From Harriotta raleighana (Eukaryota): 64,000 nt of DNA. The DNA lies in assembly GCA_050575255.1 (NCBI GenBank), contig JBNZDD010013714.1:5749817-5813816 (forward strand), written 5' to 3'. The notes beneath the pieces are model-generated. The model saw only the letters and a program-made list of their open reading frames with translations. It searched no databases and was not told the origin of the DNA. Of the stretch, positions 41,357 through 52,390 are shown one piece after another. The position numbers and the translations under genes were made by a program. Within the stretch, counting starts at the first letter, position 1. Each line of letters starts with the position of its first letter.

Positions 41357-41754
41357 GTAGGAATATACTGAATGCAGTTTTTTTCATTGTGCTGAGTTCT
41401 GTGTTTCACAAACGTAATGCACCTATGCTGAATGAAGAAGGCTCTTTGATTCATTAGTCTTCTCTTTAAATACCACCTGAAGACCTAGCACTTTTATTGT
41501 GCTTATGGTCACCTTTTGTTTAAACAGAATCTCATCACTCTGCTGCACTCCGGGTTGCGATTTCTGCATGTGTAGCTATACAAATCCAAGTTGTTGTGTA
41601 CTTCTGGTATAAATTAATATTTAATAGGGACTGAATGAAATGTGGGTACTGTTCTACGTTCTATTTCTGCCTTCTGTGCAGATCAGTGCAACTGACTGTT
41701 GATGTACTGAATGTAAACAGCATCTTATCAATCCCATTCCGTATCCTGGCTCTC

Positions 41755-42086
41755 GTGGAGCTCCTATGGCTCAGTGGTTAGAGCACTCGCCTTACAAGCC
41801 TTATAAGCATGAGACATGTGTTCGAATCCAGGCAGATCAGGGCGAAACCTTGGGCAAGTTTCCTTACTCCACATGCCTAATAATAATTCCTCCAAAAAAA
41901 AACACAATAATAAAATTGGTCATTTCAATCTATGACTGTTTGTGGACATTGCTGTGCGCAATTGGCTGCCGCATTCCGCCCACAAATATACAGTCAATTC
42001 ACTTTATAGTATATTCTGTGAAGCGCTTTGGGACATTGATAAGATGTGAAAAGCGCTATATCAAATGCAAGAATTATTATTATTAT
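41755..42086 (+). mobile_element. Full-length copy of the same tRNA-derived SINE
   Basis: End-to-end similarity to 2968-3302, with A/B boxes and (ATT)n tail. Confidence 0.92.
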
Positions 42087-43734
42087 CCTCTAATTGCAAG
42101 ATACGTTTCGGCTGACAAAATTAAGCTTCATTAATAGGAATTCGAACCATGTATCATGTGAAACATTTTACTTTCATCTCATTATCCATTTTATATTTTT
42201 TACGACTGGGCTGAATTTTTTAGATGGATTGATTAATATCCTAGTTAGCAGCTTTATACATGCTTATTATTTTCAAAATGTACTGCAATTATTGTCACCA
42301 GGGAACAAAGGTGCAAAACAAATCATTTCCAAATAGATACACTAGTAACATGCCATTTCCTTAGTGTCATGTTATCAAACCAGGAATGCCTTTGATGATT
42401 GAAAGAAATGAACAAGTGTTGATCAACCATCACCTCTGCTAAAAAAAACCTTATTAAATCAATGGAAATAAATCCAATAGGATCTATGCACATCAAATTT
42501 GTTCCAGGCTATCTGCAAGTTGTGTATTCTTCCACTCTTGATCATCTTAATTTTGAGCCAATTGACGTATTTTTCATGGGGTACAATAGTATCGTCTGAT
42601 TTTTTTTCACTGCTTGTTATTGTATGGGAAGTCAAGTTTGATTTTTTCCTTTTCTTACCCTAACAAACATATAAACCATCAGAAACCTAACAACGTTCTT
42701 TCCAACATCCAAGCAGATTCATCCGATCATCACCTGATGAACACCAGTGGCATCATAGCAATACTTAAATAAGTGTGAAATGTCAATTTAAGCACAGAAA
42801 TATACTAAGGGCAGTGTCAGGATTAAAAAAATAAATAATAAATTCAACGCCCTTTCCCTTTAATTCACTTAAAATGTAAAACCAGCAAGATGACCAGTAG
42901 TGGTTGTATACATTTGCATTTTCTCCTGTATTATTCTTGTTTCACTCACAAAATATACAGTCAATTCACTTTGACTGTGAAGTATATTCTGTGAAGCGCT
43001 TTGAGATGTTTTGAAGACATGATAAGGCACTATGTCCAATGCAAGGATTATTATTATTATTGTTAATAAAAGGATACATAACCTTATTTTGTTCAATTCA
43101 GAACATCACATTTAAAGAACTGCTCTATCTGGGAAAGACTGAAGCAAATGTGCTTAGGAGATGAAAGCGAACATTTGACATGTGATGGATACATAGCAAA
43201 TCACTCCGAAATACAAATGAGTCCAAATTGACAACAGCCCGGCACAGTTCAGCTTTTGCATTTGCACCAAAGTACATTGAGAAGCTGAGAAAATATAATT
43301 TGATTTTGAAAATAGTATTGCTTTTTTTGACACAAATTCTAAATCTAATGGTGAGCTGCCCCTTGGTACAGTACTTGTAATTGATGGTATAGTTATCATC
43401 TTTCATAACCGTGATCATTACATACCGAATACCCAGTACTGTGAAAGTTTTTTATGAGTTTTATTCTATTATTCATTTGTACTCTGTTCTGTCCCAGCTT
43501 TGGTGAATAGGCTTTCAACTAATATGTCCCTATTCTCTGGAACTTCATCTCCACAGTCTTTCTGACTTGCTCCCTCCCTGACTCCCATCTTTTAAGGCAC
43601 ATCTTGAAACATACTTCTTTGTCCGCGCTTTCGGTCATCTTTCCCCTCCCTCCCCTCTGCGTATCCTAACCAGGTGCCCAGCTTCCAGTGTGAGGTGATT
43701 TGAACTCCTGAACTGAAATGGCACTACAGAATCT

Positions 43735-43955
43735 TCTATCCCATTTTCTCCTTTGTCTTCCTTGCCCTGCCAACCCCTTCTCTGTTAGTCCTTAAAACCC
43801 TCTCCCTCCCAACATGCCCCAATTCTGACGAAGAGTCGTGGACCTGAAATGTTGATTCACCTTCCATTCTCCATAGATGCTGCCTGATCTGCTGAGTGTT
43901 CCCAGCAACTTCTGTTTTCGCTTTAGATTTCCAGCATCTGCAGTGTTTTGCGTTG
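43735..43955 (+). mobile_element. Probable Penelope-like retroelement terminal fragment
   Basis: Pyrimidine-rich run, then ctgacgaagagtc...gacctgaaatgttga...agatgctgcctgatctgctgagt...gatttccagcatctgcag, recalled as a common chondrichthyan repeat. Family call unverified. Confidence 0.5.
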
Positions 43956-44019
43956 GGTTTAATTTTATTGTATTGTGCTAACTTGACCTCATCTTTCTGT
44001 ATTCCATTCTCTTCCCTAG

Positions 44020-44681
44020 GCCGCAGCTGAATCTGCTGAAGCTCAGACCATGCGTTCTGTCCAACAGACTTTGGCGTCGACCAGCCTTTCATCATCCCTC
44101 CTTATGAATTCCCCACTCTCTCAGCATGGACCCACCTCGGCCTCAGCCCAGTCTCTTCAACAGACACTGCCGAGGGCAATAGCACCCAAGCCGCTGAGGT
44201 TGCCCTTGCAAGCCAATCAACTGGTGTCGTCGGTTAACATGGCGGCCAACATGTCATCGAACATGGTTCCCACTCCACCGTCGCCCCAGCTCAGCCCCCC
44301 CCTGCAGCCGCAGCAACATCACATGCAGCAGATGCAGCAGCAGCAGTTGCAGCACTTCCAGCAGCATCAGATGCAGCAGCAGATGCAGCAGCAGATGCAA
44401 CACCAGCAGATCCAGCAGCAGCAACAGCACCAAATCCAGCAGCAGCACCACATGCAGCACCACCAAATGCAGCAGCAGCAGCAGCAGATGCAGCAGCACA
44501 TGCAACAGCACATGCAGCAGCAGCTCCAGCAGCAGCTCCAGCAGCAGCANCAGCAGCAGCAGATGCAGCAGCAGATGCAACAGCACATGCAGCAGCAGCT
44601 CCAGCAGCAGCTCCAGCAGCAGCAGATCCAACAGCAATTACAGCAAATGCAGCTCCAGCACATGCAAAAACAGCAAATACT

Positions 44682-44720
<39 letters not shown>

Positions 44721-44904
44721 GCAACAACAACAGCAACAGCCCCCACCTCAGCACTCGCCGCCTCAGCATTCCCCTGACCCGTCCCAGTCAGTGGTGGCCA
44801 CGCAGATCACCTCCCCAATCCCCACGCGGTCAAGTCCACAGCCAGCCCAGCAGCAACAGCAATCTCCACTGCAAACCCAGGCCCAGACCCAAATATTGCC
44901 ACAG
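44020..44904 (+). CDS. TOX3: TOX3 exon 7 (885 nt as assembled; [21 protein letters not shown]..., Q/H-rich tract, ...QTQILPQ). Unspliced read-through adds VSKHSN* to 44925
   Basis: Acceptor ctcttccctag. TOX3-diagnostic [29 protein letters not shown] and QITSPIP. Phase-0 donor CAG|gtcagt at 44905. Confidence 0.96.
44305..44739 (+). repeat. CAG/CAA-rich coding repeat (polyQ with interspersed M/L/I/H); ends in 19 uninterrupted Gln (44683-44739) followed by PPP
   Basis: Read directly from exon 7. Contains one N at 44550. Confidence 0.95.
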
Positions 44905-47900
44905 GTCAGTAAGCATTCAAATTAGGAAACTTTACCAGCCACATATGACCTAATCCTGGTACTGGTAATATCACCAATCAGGGGTGACTGGTGTTGGTAA
45001 ATCTGGTGTATTCATTAATGATCTAAAAATAATAATAATATTCCTTGCGTTTGATATAGCACTTTTAGAGCACGTCTTCCAGATATCTCAAAGTGTTTTG
45101 TTTGTTCTGAATGAAAAACAGTTTTACTCTGCAATATTCTGCAGTGCCTTGAGAAAGCATGATCCCAATGTAGATTTCCTGCTCCACCCCCCAAAAAAAA
45201 TCATTACACTTTCAATAAAGTTATCGATGTCAATGTGAAACAGAGATATTTATTTCTGTTCTGCCCTGTGTATAAAACACATTTTGTACAACGATGACAT
45301 CTCCTTCATCTTTCTTTATAATCTAGTTCTTTGAAGAAACTGTTCAAAAACAATTAAGCTATTTGTTTGAATAAAAGATGCAACGTTAAAGAAATGAGTG
45401 GTAAATGGGTGCAGTTATATTTAATTTAACTTTATATATAACTTTGTGCTTGGTACAGTAGCTTAAACGTTGTTGAAACATCTCAAAGCACTTCGCAAGA
45501 TTTTACTGTGAAGTGTAGTGATTGTGCATTTATAAACAAATGTGCCAGGCAATTTGCACACAGCAATATATCATCAACAACCATAAGAAACATTTAATTA
45601 ACATAGTACATTTATCCAAAAGTTCCACATAAACTATACTGCACTTCTTTTCTATTCTTAGTGATGGAAATTCTATTGGGAAACCATAAGAAATCCTGCT
45701 AAGAAATATAGCAAATTAAATACTATTTTTCCAAACTCACCTGCAACTGCATTCCACGAACAAATTTGGTGAAACAAATTTGTTTTCCAGTATGGTATTT
45801 AGTTTGTTAAATGCTTTGCGAATGTTAAGTAGAACAATTAAATTAATACAAAAGCATTCAGAAAACAATTAGACAAACACCACAGGTGAAGGAGGGTATG
45901 GGGAATGAGCAAGGATTTGGGATTAGGATGGATTGAATCTTGGAGGTGCAAACATTGACATGTTGTTGCGTTTTGAATTACTTTGTGCCTGGTAAAGGAG
46001 TTGATAAAGCAATTGAAACTGGAATCTGGATTCACATTCTCCGCTCTTAATCACTCTGACTAAGGACTGAGGATAGTGCTGCGCAAGCTCCCTGAATTTT
46101 TAATGTTATTAAAGAACAGGGTGACTGACTTGTGGAGAACATTAAAACTCTTAATGGCCATCAAATGAATTGCCTGAGAACATTTAATGATGACGTGTTT
46201 TTGTTTTTCAAAATAAATTGTAAAGTAGTTTCATACCACAGGCCTGAGCATCAATTCAATTCAGTATTTGTTTAGAGTATGGAACTCAGCCAAATTGAAT
46301 CCTCAGTAAAAAGTGTAGTAATAGATAAGTGGTTTACATCATAAACTATATGTTTTACTGTATGTTCTTTAAGCACTTGAAATTACAACGATCCACCTTC
46401 TTTCATTGAGCTCTGCCAACAGAATTTGTTGTTTTCAGAACATTCCCCATTGTGCTGCCATGGTCACAAAGCATTCTAATGCAGTTCTCTGTAATCAAAA
46501 TTGCTCTCAAAACTGTGAGAAGTACTCTGCCCGGCGTGCACACTGATGTAATGGAAAGAATATGAGTTCAAAGGCTGTGTAGCATGCTAAAAGAAATAAT
46601 ATTCATTGAACTACTTCTGAATTAGAACGGATTGTATAGATTGGTACGAGTTTTGTATTAGGAATCCTTAACATGCTTAACGTTCCTCACCAGATGTATC
46701 AGGAATTTCTGTGCTACTGGTGTGGGGGAAAAAAAGATACTGAACACCTTTGTGAGCACACAGATGGGATTAGCAGTTCACGTTATTTCATTTCTCATCC
46801 AAGTGCTTTAAAAATGAGGCTGTAGTAATGTTTTCTGGAACAGCATGGCTGCCGTCCCCAGCTGTCTCCAGTGATTAATTACAGCATCTGTCCTGTCAGA
46901 AGCTATAGTGAAGAAGTCTGGTTAAAATTGCAAATTAGCACTGGCAACAACCTTAAACTGCTGATGATAAAATGAAAATTAAAAACAGCAAGTGTCATGC
47001 ATGACTGGAATCCCAATACACACTGGGGCACATGCTAGAGTATGTGTCCATAGCTACCAGCTACTAGATGGAAACAGAAATTAAAATAATGAGCACTCAG
47101 GAAATAGCAGGTATTGTGTAGAGGCTGGATTACACGTCTCATTGATAAAGAAACAGAGATTTCTCCTTTGCTGTGCAACTGTTCCGTGTTTTGATCCTTG
47201 TGTACAAATATTTAATAACGTGGTAGTGTGTATCTGATTAAATTCTTAAACTCATGCTTAGAATAAATTACGTTGGAAAGGACAAAGCTTGCTATATGGA
47301 AATGTTCTTCTCCAATCAGCATCTCTTTTGCCATCAGAAAATTGATACGAGGTTAGCAGTTTTGCAATATAAAGATTTTTTTTTGACATTTACTATTTTG
47401 TCCAAGTAAATTTTTGACATTGCTGTGATCATATTTTATTTTATTTTGGGGCCTGTTCCAGAAATTAAAGTTGATGTGAATTATTCTACCCTGGGGAAAT
47501 TAAGTCCAGTGTAAAATTATGATGTGATACCTCGCCTGCACGGAAAAAAATCTTTGTTCTTTCATTAGATATTCATTGTGCAAATAGCTAATAGTTACAA
47601 ATTGTACAGTCACATTAAAAAAAACATTGAATGAGCTTCAATGTTTTTTAACTCATTGAGCCTTAAATGATCCCATTTGTTTTCATTGAGTTCAGTGAGA
47701 GAGCACAGTAGGCCCTTTCCCATGTTTGCAGAGAGCAGTATCATCATTCCAGCACAAAACAAGTTCAGTTCCCATTAAATCAGCATTGACATAAGTTGAA
47801 AGAACACAAAAAAGTTTTAATTATAGTTGGCACCAGGTCATTAATCACCAAGTTAGAGTACAACAGCCTCGATGACTGTAAGCAGCATAATTTCAGTCAA

Positions 47901-49380
47901 CCATTATCACCTGACCCATTGATGTGTGCAGTATTACGAGACAGATGGATTAAATATCTCAGGTTTAACCAGTGTCTTCTGCCTGCTCCATTGAATAGTC
48001 TTTAAGCGTTTGAAAGGCGTCTTTCCATTACCACTTCATGGACTATTTTTCAGGACTGGACTGGAGTATAACCTTTCCTGCCCCTTTGTTTGGCTTTTGT
48101 TTTGTAACAGCTGTTATCATCGTTTTTGGTCAGCTGTGATTGCTGGAGGGAAAATAGGACCAGATGGTGTTTTGCTATGCATGAATGGAGTGTTAGAGTA
48201 GTTTGGACTGAATAGGCCAAGTTTGAATGGTGTCTATTCACCACCTGCCCCCTTAGCAGCAATGTTCAGATCAGAGTAGCATGATCTGTCTTGGACTTAG
48301 TCCGCTGGGCTGGGAAAAAATTGAGAACTTTGTTGGATTTAGCTTATATTTATTGATCTGCTGTAGGGGAAGCCGCATAATGCAGTACACAGTCAATTTG
48401 AGTTAATTGGATATGACATTGCATGTACATGTAATCTATCATTGTTTTCCTTTCAATACAGGTTATCTGTTTGTTTCCATGGGAACGTGGCATTGTGGTA
48501 GTGTAGTACTTTAGATAAATGGGAGAGGCAGAGATATATTTTTGTGTGTGTTTTGCTTTTGTGCAGTCCTTTTGTGTTTATGTTGCGCATTGTGAAGATA
48601 AGGTGGATTGTGATTCAAAAAGTGTCTCTTTGCTCAGTTTTCCATTTCAAACATTGCTCTGTGAAAATACAAAGGCAGGATAGATTAGTTGAACCTCATA
48701 CTGTCAATCCAATTAATTTCTGGTGTTAGAACATTCAAATGGTGCCTTTGCTAATTTTTAATTTGAATTGTAATTACCAATTATTGTGTTGAATTTACAA
48801 GGACATGCTCTCAGAAAATAATGCTTTTTTTGAGACGGCAGTGCCTAAAATGACCCCTGTTTTGTTGAGGAGTGCTTTGGCTCTCTAATTTGTATGCAAT
48901 CCTTGCCAGCTCTTGTCTGTTGGAAGGCAAAGTAAGTATAATTTTCTTCATTCCTGTATCCGTAGGTCAATCATTCCCTTGAAAAGAATGAGTGTGAGTT
49001 CTGTTACTTTGCATAAGGTTTAATGCTTGACCTTAGGCAGTATTCAAAACCCAGACTGGGTACTTTATTCTCTCCCATTGTGCATACACTCTGGTTACCA
49101 GGAGGCTGGAGCAGGGGGCAGCTTTACATTTGGTGTATCAAGACATGCTATGAAGGCAGAAAACAACTTCTCGGGACCCCTAACTATTCACTGCGTGAAG
49201 AGCTGGTATCATTATTCATTGTTGGCTATTGATACTCCTTCTATTACATTCACATCTTGTTGACCACTAGAGAGAGAAACAAGTTCGCAGGCTATTGCCG
49301 TCCACAACAGGACCATTTAAAACATTTGGATTAAAATTAGAAAAAAATTACATATTTAAATAGTTTTTAACTACTTCCAG

Positions 49381-49556
49381 ACCTTTTCACCGTCTCTACC
49401 CGAAGTCCAGCCTGTCATCACCTCTCCCCTACCAGCTCCTGTGGGTACTACCACTCCAATACGATGCATGAGGACTGGCTGCACAAATCCACCAATCCAG
49501 AGTGTGGAGTGGGATAATGAATACTGTAGCAGCGGGTGTGTAGTTAACCACTGCAG
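49381..49556 (+). CDS. TOX3: TOX3 putative exon 8 (176 nt): [58 protein letters not shown](R), a TOX4-like Cys-rich module
   Basis: Acceptor ttttaactacttccag, stop-free phase-0 frame, donor CAG|gtaata (phase 2). C-x4-C-x14-C-x3-C-x3-H-C pattern like the TOX4 C-terminus. Not in the ORF track. Confidence 0.9.
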
Positions 49557-51240
49557 GTAATATTTCACACATACCTGTTTTACCAGATCAATTACATTCA
49601 GATTAAATAAAGATATACATTTTTGAAGGCACACTTAGCTGACAGAAACAAACAAAAATATCAAATCAAATCTACCGCATATTTTTAGCTAAAAATCTCT
49701 CATTCACAAAGTTTTTAACTGCAGTGGTATCTCATGCAATTCAAGTTTTATTTGATGGAAACCTGTTTTAAAGGCAGAGATGGGCTTGGTATTACTTTTA
49801 CATTGTCTTGGAACACATTAACATACATTGTGATCTTAATGTACCGATTTCATTTTAGTACGTGTAATTTCAACCATCAATCACTGTCAGTTTAAAACTG
49901 ATCAAATATTGATTATTCCATCAGGCCTTGTAATATAGAAACACATATACTATATACACTGCATCTTCTGAATGTAAAAAATATTTTTTCTCATTAATAA
50001 AAGCCTGAACATATTGGATGAGTGTGTTTTTTAAAAAAAATTGTTCTATGGAATGGATTCTTAGTGAATTCTAAAAATATGGAAGGTTATGGGTCTTATT
50101 GAAAAATAAAATTATTTGCTGATATTTCCACAGTTGAGTCACTTTTTGTGAATTTCACATTTCTTAACATAAGCAAATCTGGTAGATTTTGAAAATGTTA
50201 AGAAAAAATTCAGTCCTTTAATGCATATAGTAAAGAGTGTTGTGTTTCTAATCCATTGTATATGCAGAATCACTCTGCAGATATGTATCTGTGTACAAGT
50301 CTTTCATTCTGACTTGGTCTTAACATGATCATTAGTTCATTGTGAAATTCACCGTTGTCATATTGTAAATAGATCAGAAAATAAAAGGTTAATAGAATCT
50401 ACAAATATCAACCTGACGTGTTTTGAATTATGTACCTGTGCTGCACATTTAGAGTTTGGTATTTCCTGCTTGCCCCATTCTACATGATCTGTTTCAAGAG
50501 TAAAGGGTGTAATGTTAGGTTTGATGATTTTCAGTTAGTGGTGGAGCATGAAATGTGGATGTTGCAATTACCAAAAACCGGAAATAAGAATCAGAATCAA
50601 TGCTATGCTTTTCTGGTTTTAACAGTGTCAGTTTGTGATGTTTATTGTGAATAGAGGTTCCCAGTTACAGTTCAGATCTACTTTGAAACATTATACATGA
50701 TGTGTTTACAGTCCAACTCCAATGTTATTACTGCTGATTAGATCTTATTTGCCAGTTGAGTACCATAATACCAATGCGTGACCATTTTATTCAGCAATTA
50801 TAAAAGTGCCAGCATGATGGGATGTTATTTCTGCTAGAAAATATTGATATATATTCATGGATTTTAAATTCTAATGCAAGGAAAGGGATTGTGGTAAATC
50901 CAAAAGCAAATCACCAGGTGTGCATTCGAACTTAAATTTTAAGTCTACCATAAACTTTTCTTTCAAGCTTAATTAAATTAAAACATGCAGGCCTAGCCTT
51001 GAAAAGGTTAAGATGCTTGTTATCACTAAAATCTAATTTCAATCTATTGCTCAAGTGACCTTTTCTTTCTCGTGTTGTGGTCCAGATATATTGGCAGAGA
51101 GAAAAAAAAGAATAGTTTAATTATCTAACTGGCTTTGGAATAGGTGCTATAATGCCTAAGGGCCTGTAATAATATTTATGGAATGTTTCATTCAGATTAA
51201 ATGTAATTGCAATAAGGTTAAAATCTTGTATCTTTTACAG

Positions 51241-51301
51241 GGATGTCTTCATGGCGTGGGTTGTCTCTCGTAATCAGAGCAATGCTGCTCCTGTGAAGTG
51301 A
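51241..51301 (+). CDS. TOX3: TOX3 putative terminal coding exon 9: (R)DVFMAWVVSRNQSNAAPVK*
   Basis: Acceptor tatcttttacag. The first G completes the split AG|G Arg codon. Resembles the TOX4 end [20 protein letters not shown] as recalled. TGA at 51299-51301. Confidence 0.9.
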
Positions 51302-52390
51302 AGATTTGCCATCGATGTTTTGTAGCCAAAACGCAGCATTTGTCAGACGCACTGCCAAGAAGATGTTCTCAAAGGCAGTCTGACATGCTTTGTTTCCTTG
51401 TAACTACATGGGCACCAACTTCAGAAGGCTTTCCAATGACAGGCAGTACAGACTTTCTTTAGGCCCACCTGCCATTCTGCCAGTGCCTGGAGAGCTAGCC
51501 ATTTTACATTGTGTAATGTAGCTTCAGATGATTATTTTGTTTGACATGAACTTAAAGGGCATGGCTTTTAGTAAATGACAAGCCTCTGCATGATTGCTGA
51601 AGACTGTGAGAAGATACAGATGGAAAAAAAACTACTTTTTTGTGACAGTGATGTCATTGTGGCCAGTCAAGGATTAAGGTACTGAGTGAAACATAATATT
51701 TAAATGGAATGCTAACTACATTTTTTTAATAATAGCTCAGATTACTTTGGAGTGGCTTTAAAGGGGATGGTTTTATGTTCCCAGAAATTGTTCTCATTCT
51801 ACATAATGTACACAATGACCAAGTGTAAGAACTTTGGTTTCTTGGATGTAATTATTTTTTTAAGTTCTTAAGAAACCCAGGTTCATTATGTATTCAAATA
51901 GTTGTGTGGCATCCATATGTTAATACTTTTATCATTGTTAGTTTCATGCATTTGTTCTGCAACCAAAAAGAGAGTTATTTTACTATGTACTGTACTGTAG
52001 AAATTGCTTTTGTATGGCAATGTCTTAGCATAGTGTGCTCAATTTAACTGTGCCTCCTTTAAAGGAGAATTCTGTGTATAAGGTCAAATGCTTTTAAAAA
52101 GCTCCTCTTTAATGCAGTAGCCAAGGTAGAGATGGCTAGTAAAATAGCCTGCAAACCAAAATCAATAATGTTTAATATTTTTACTTTTGTCTGTATTTAA
52201 TTTTTTGTATTAAAATGTGGTCTTATTTAAGGTTTAATTATTGGAAAATGATAGCTGACATTTAACAGATCCATCTTTCAGTAAAACCAATGTGTTCCTT
52301 GATTCAGAAATTCAAGTTTTCTTTCTGTATTGTAACTGATCTTTAAATTTACTTATTTTGGCTGTAATAAAAAGTGACATGGAAATACTT
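51302..52390 (+). other. TOX3: Probable 3' UTR of the long TOX3 isoform, poly(A) signal AATAAA at 52366-52371 (ATTAAA at 52209-52214)
   Basis: AT-rich kilobase with no recognisable repeats after the stop codon, ending in a canonical hexamer. The cleavage site is inferred. Confidence 0.55.

Noticed and set aside
44254-44746. Minus-strand poly-Leu, poly-Ala and poly-Cys ORFs
   Set aside because: They are antisense shadows of the CAG repeat, with no independent coding evidence.
49381-51301. A separate TOX4 gene fragment or retrocopy downstream of TOX3
   Set aside because: The exons keep an intron, have no start of their own or other TOX4 exons nearby, and join exon 7 in frame, so they are best read as part of this gene.
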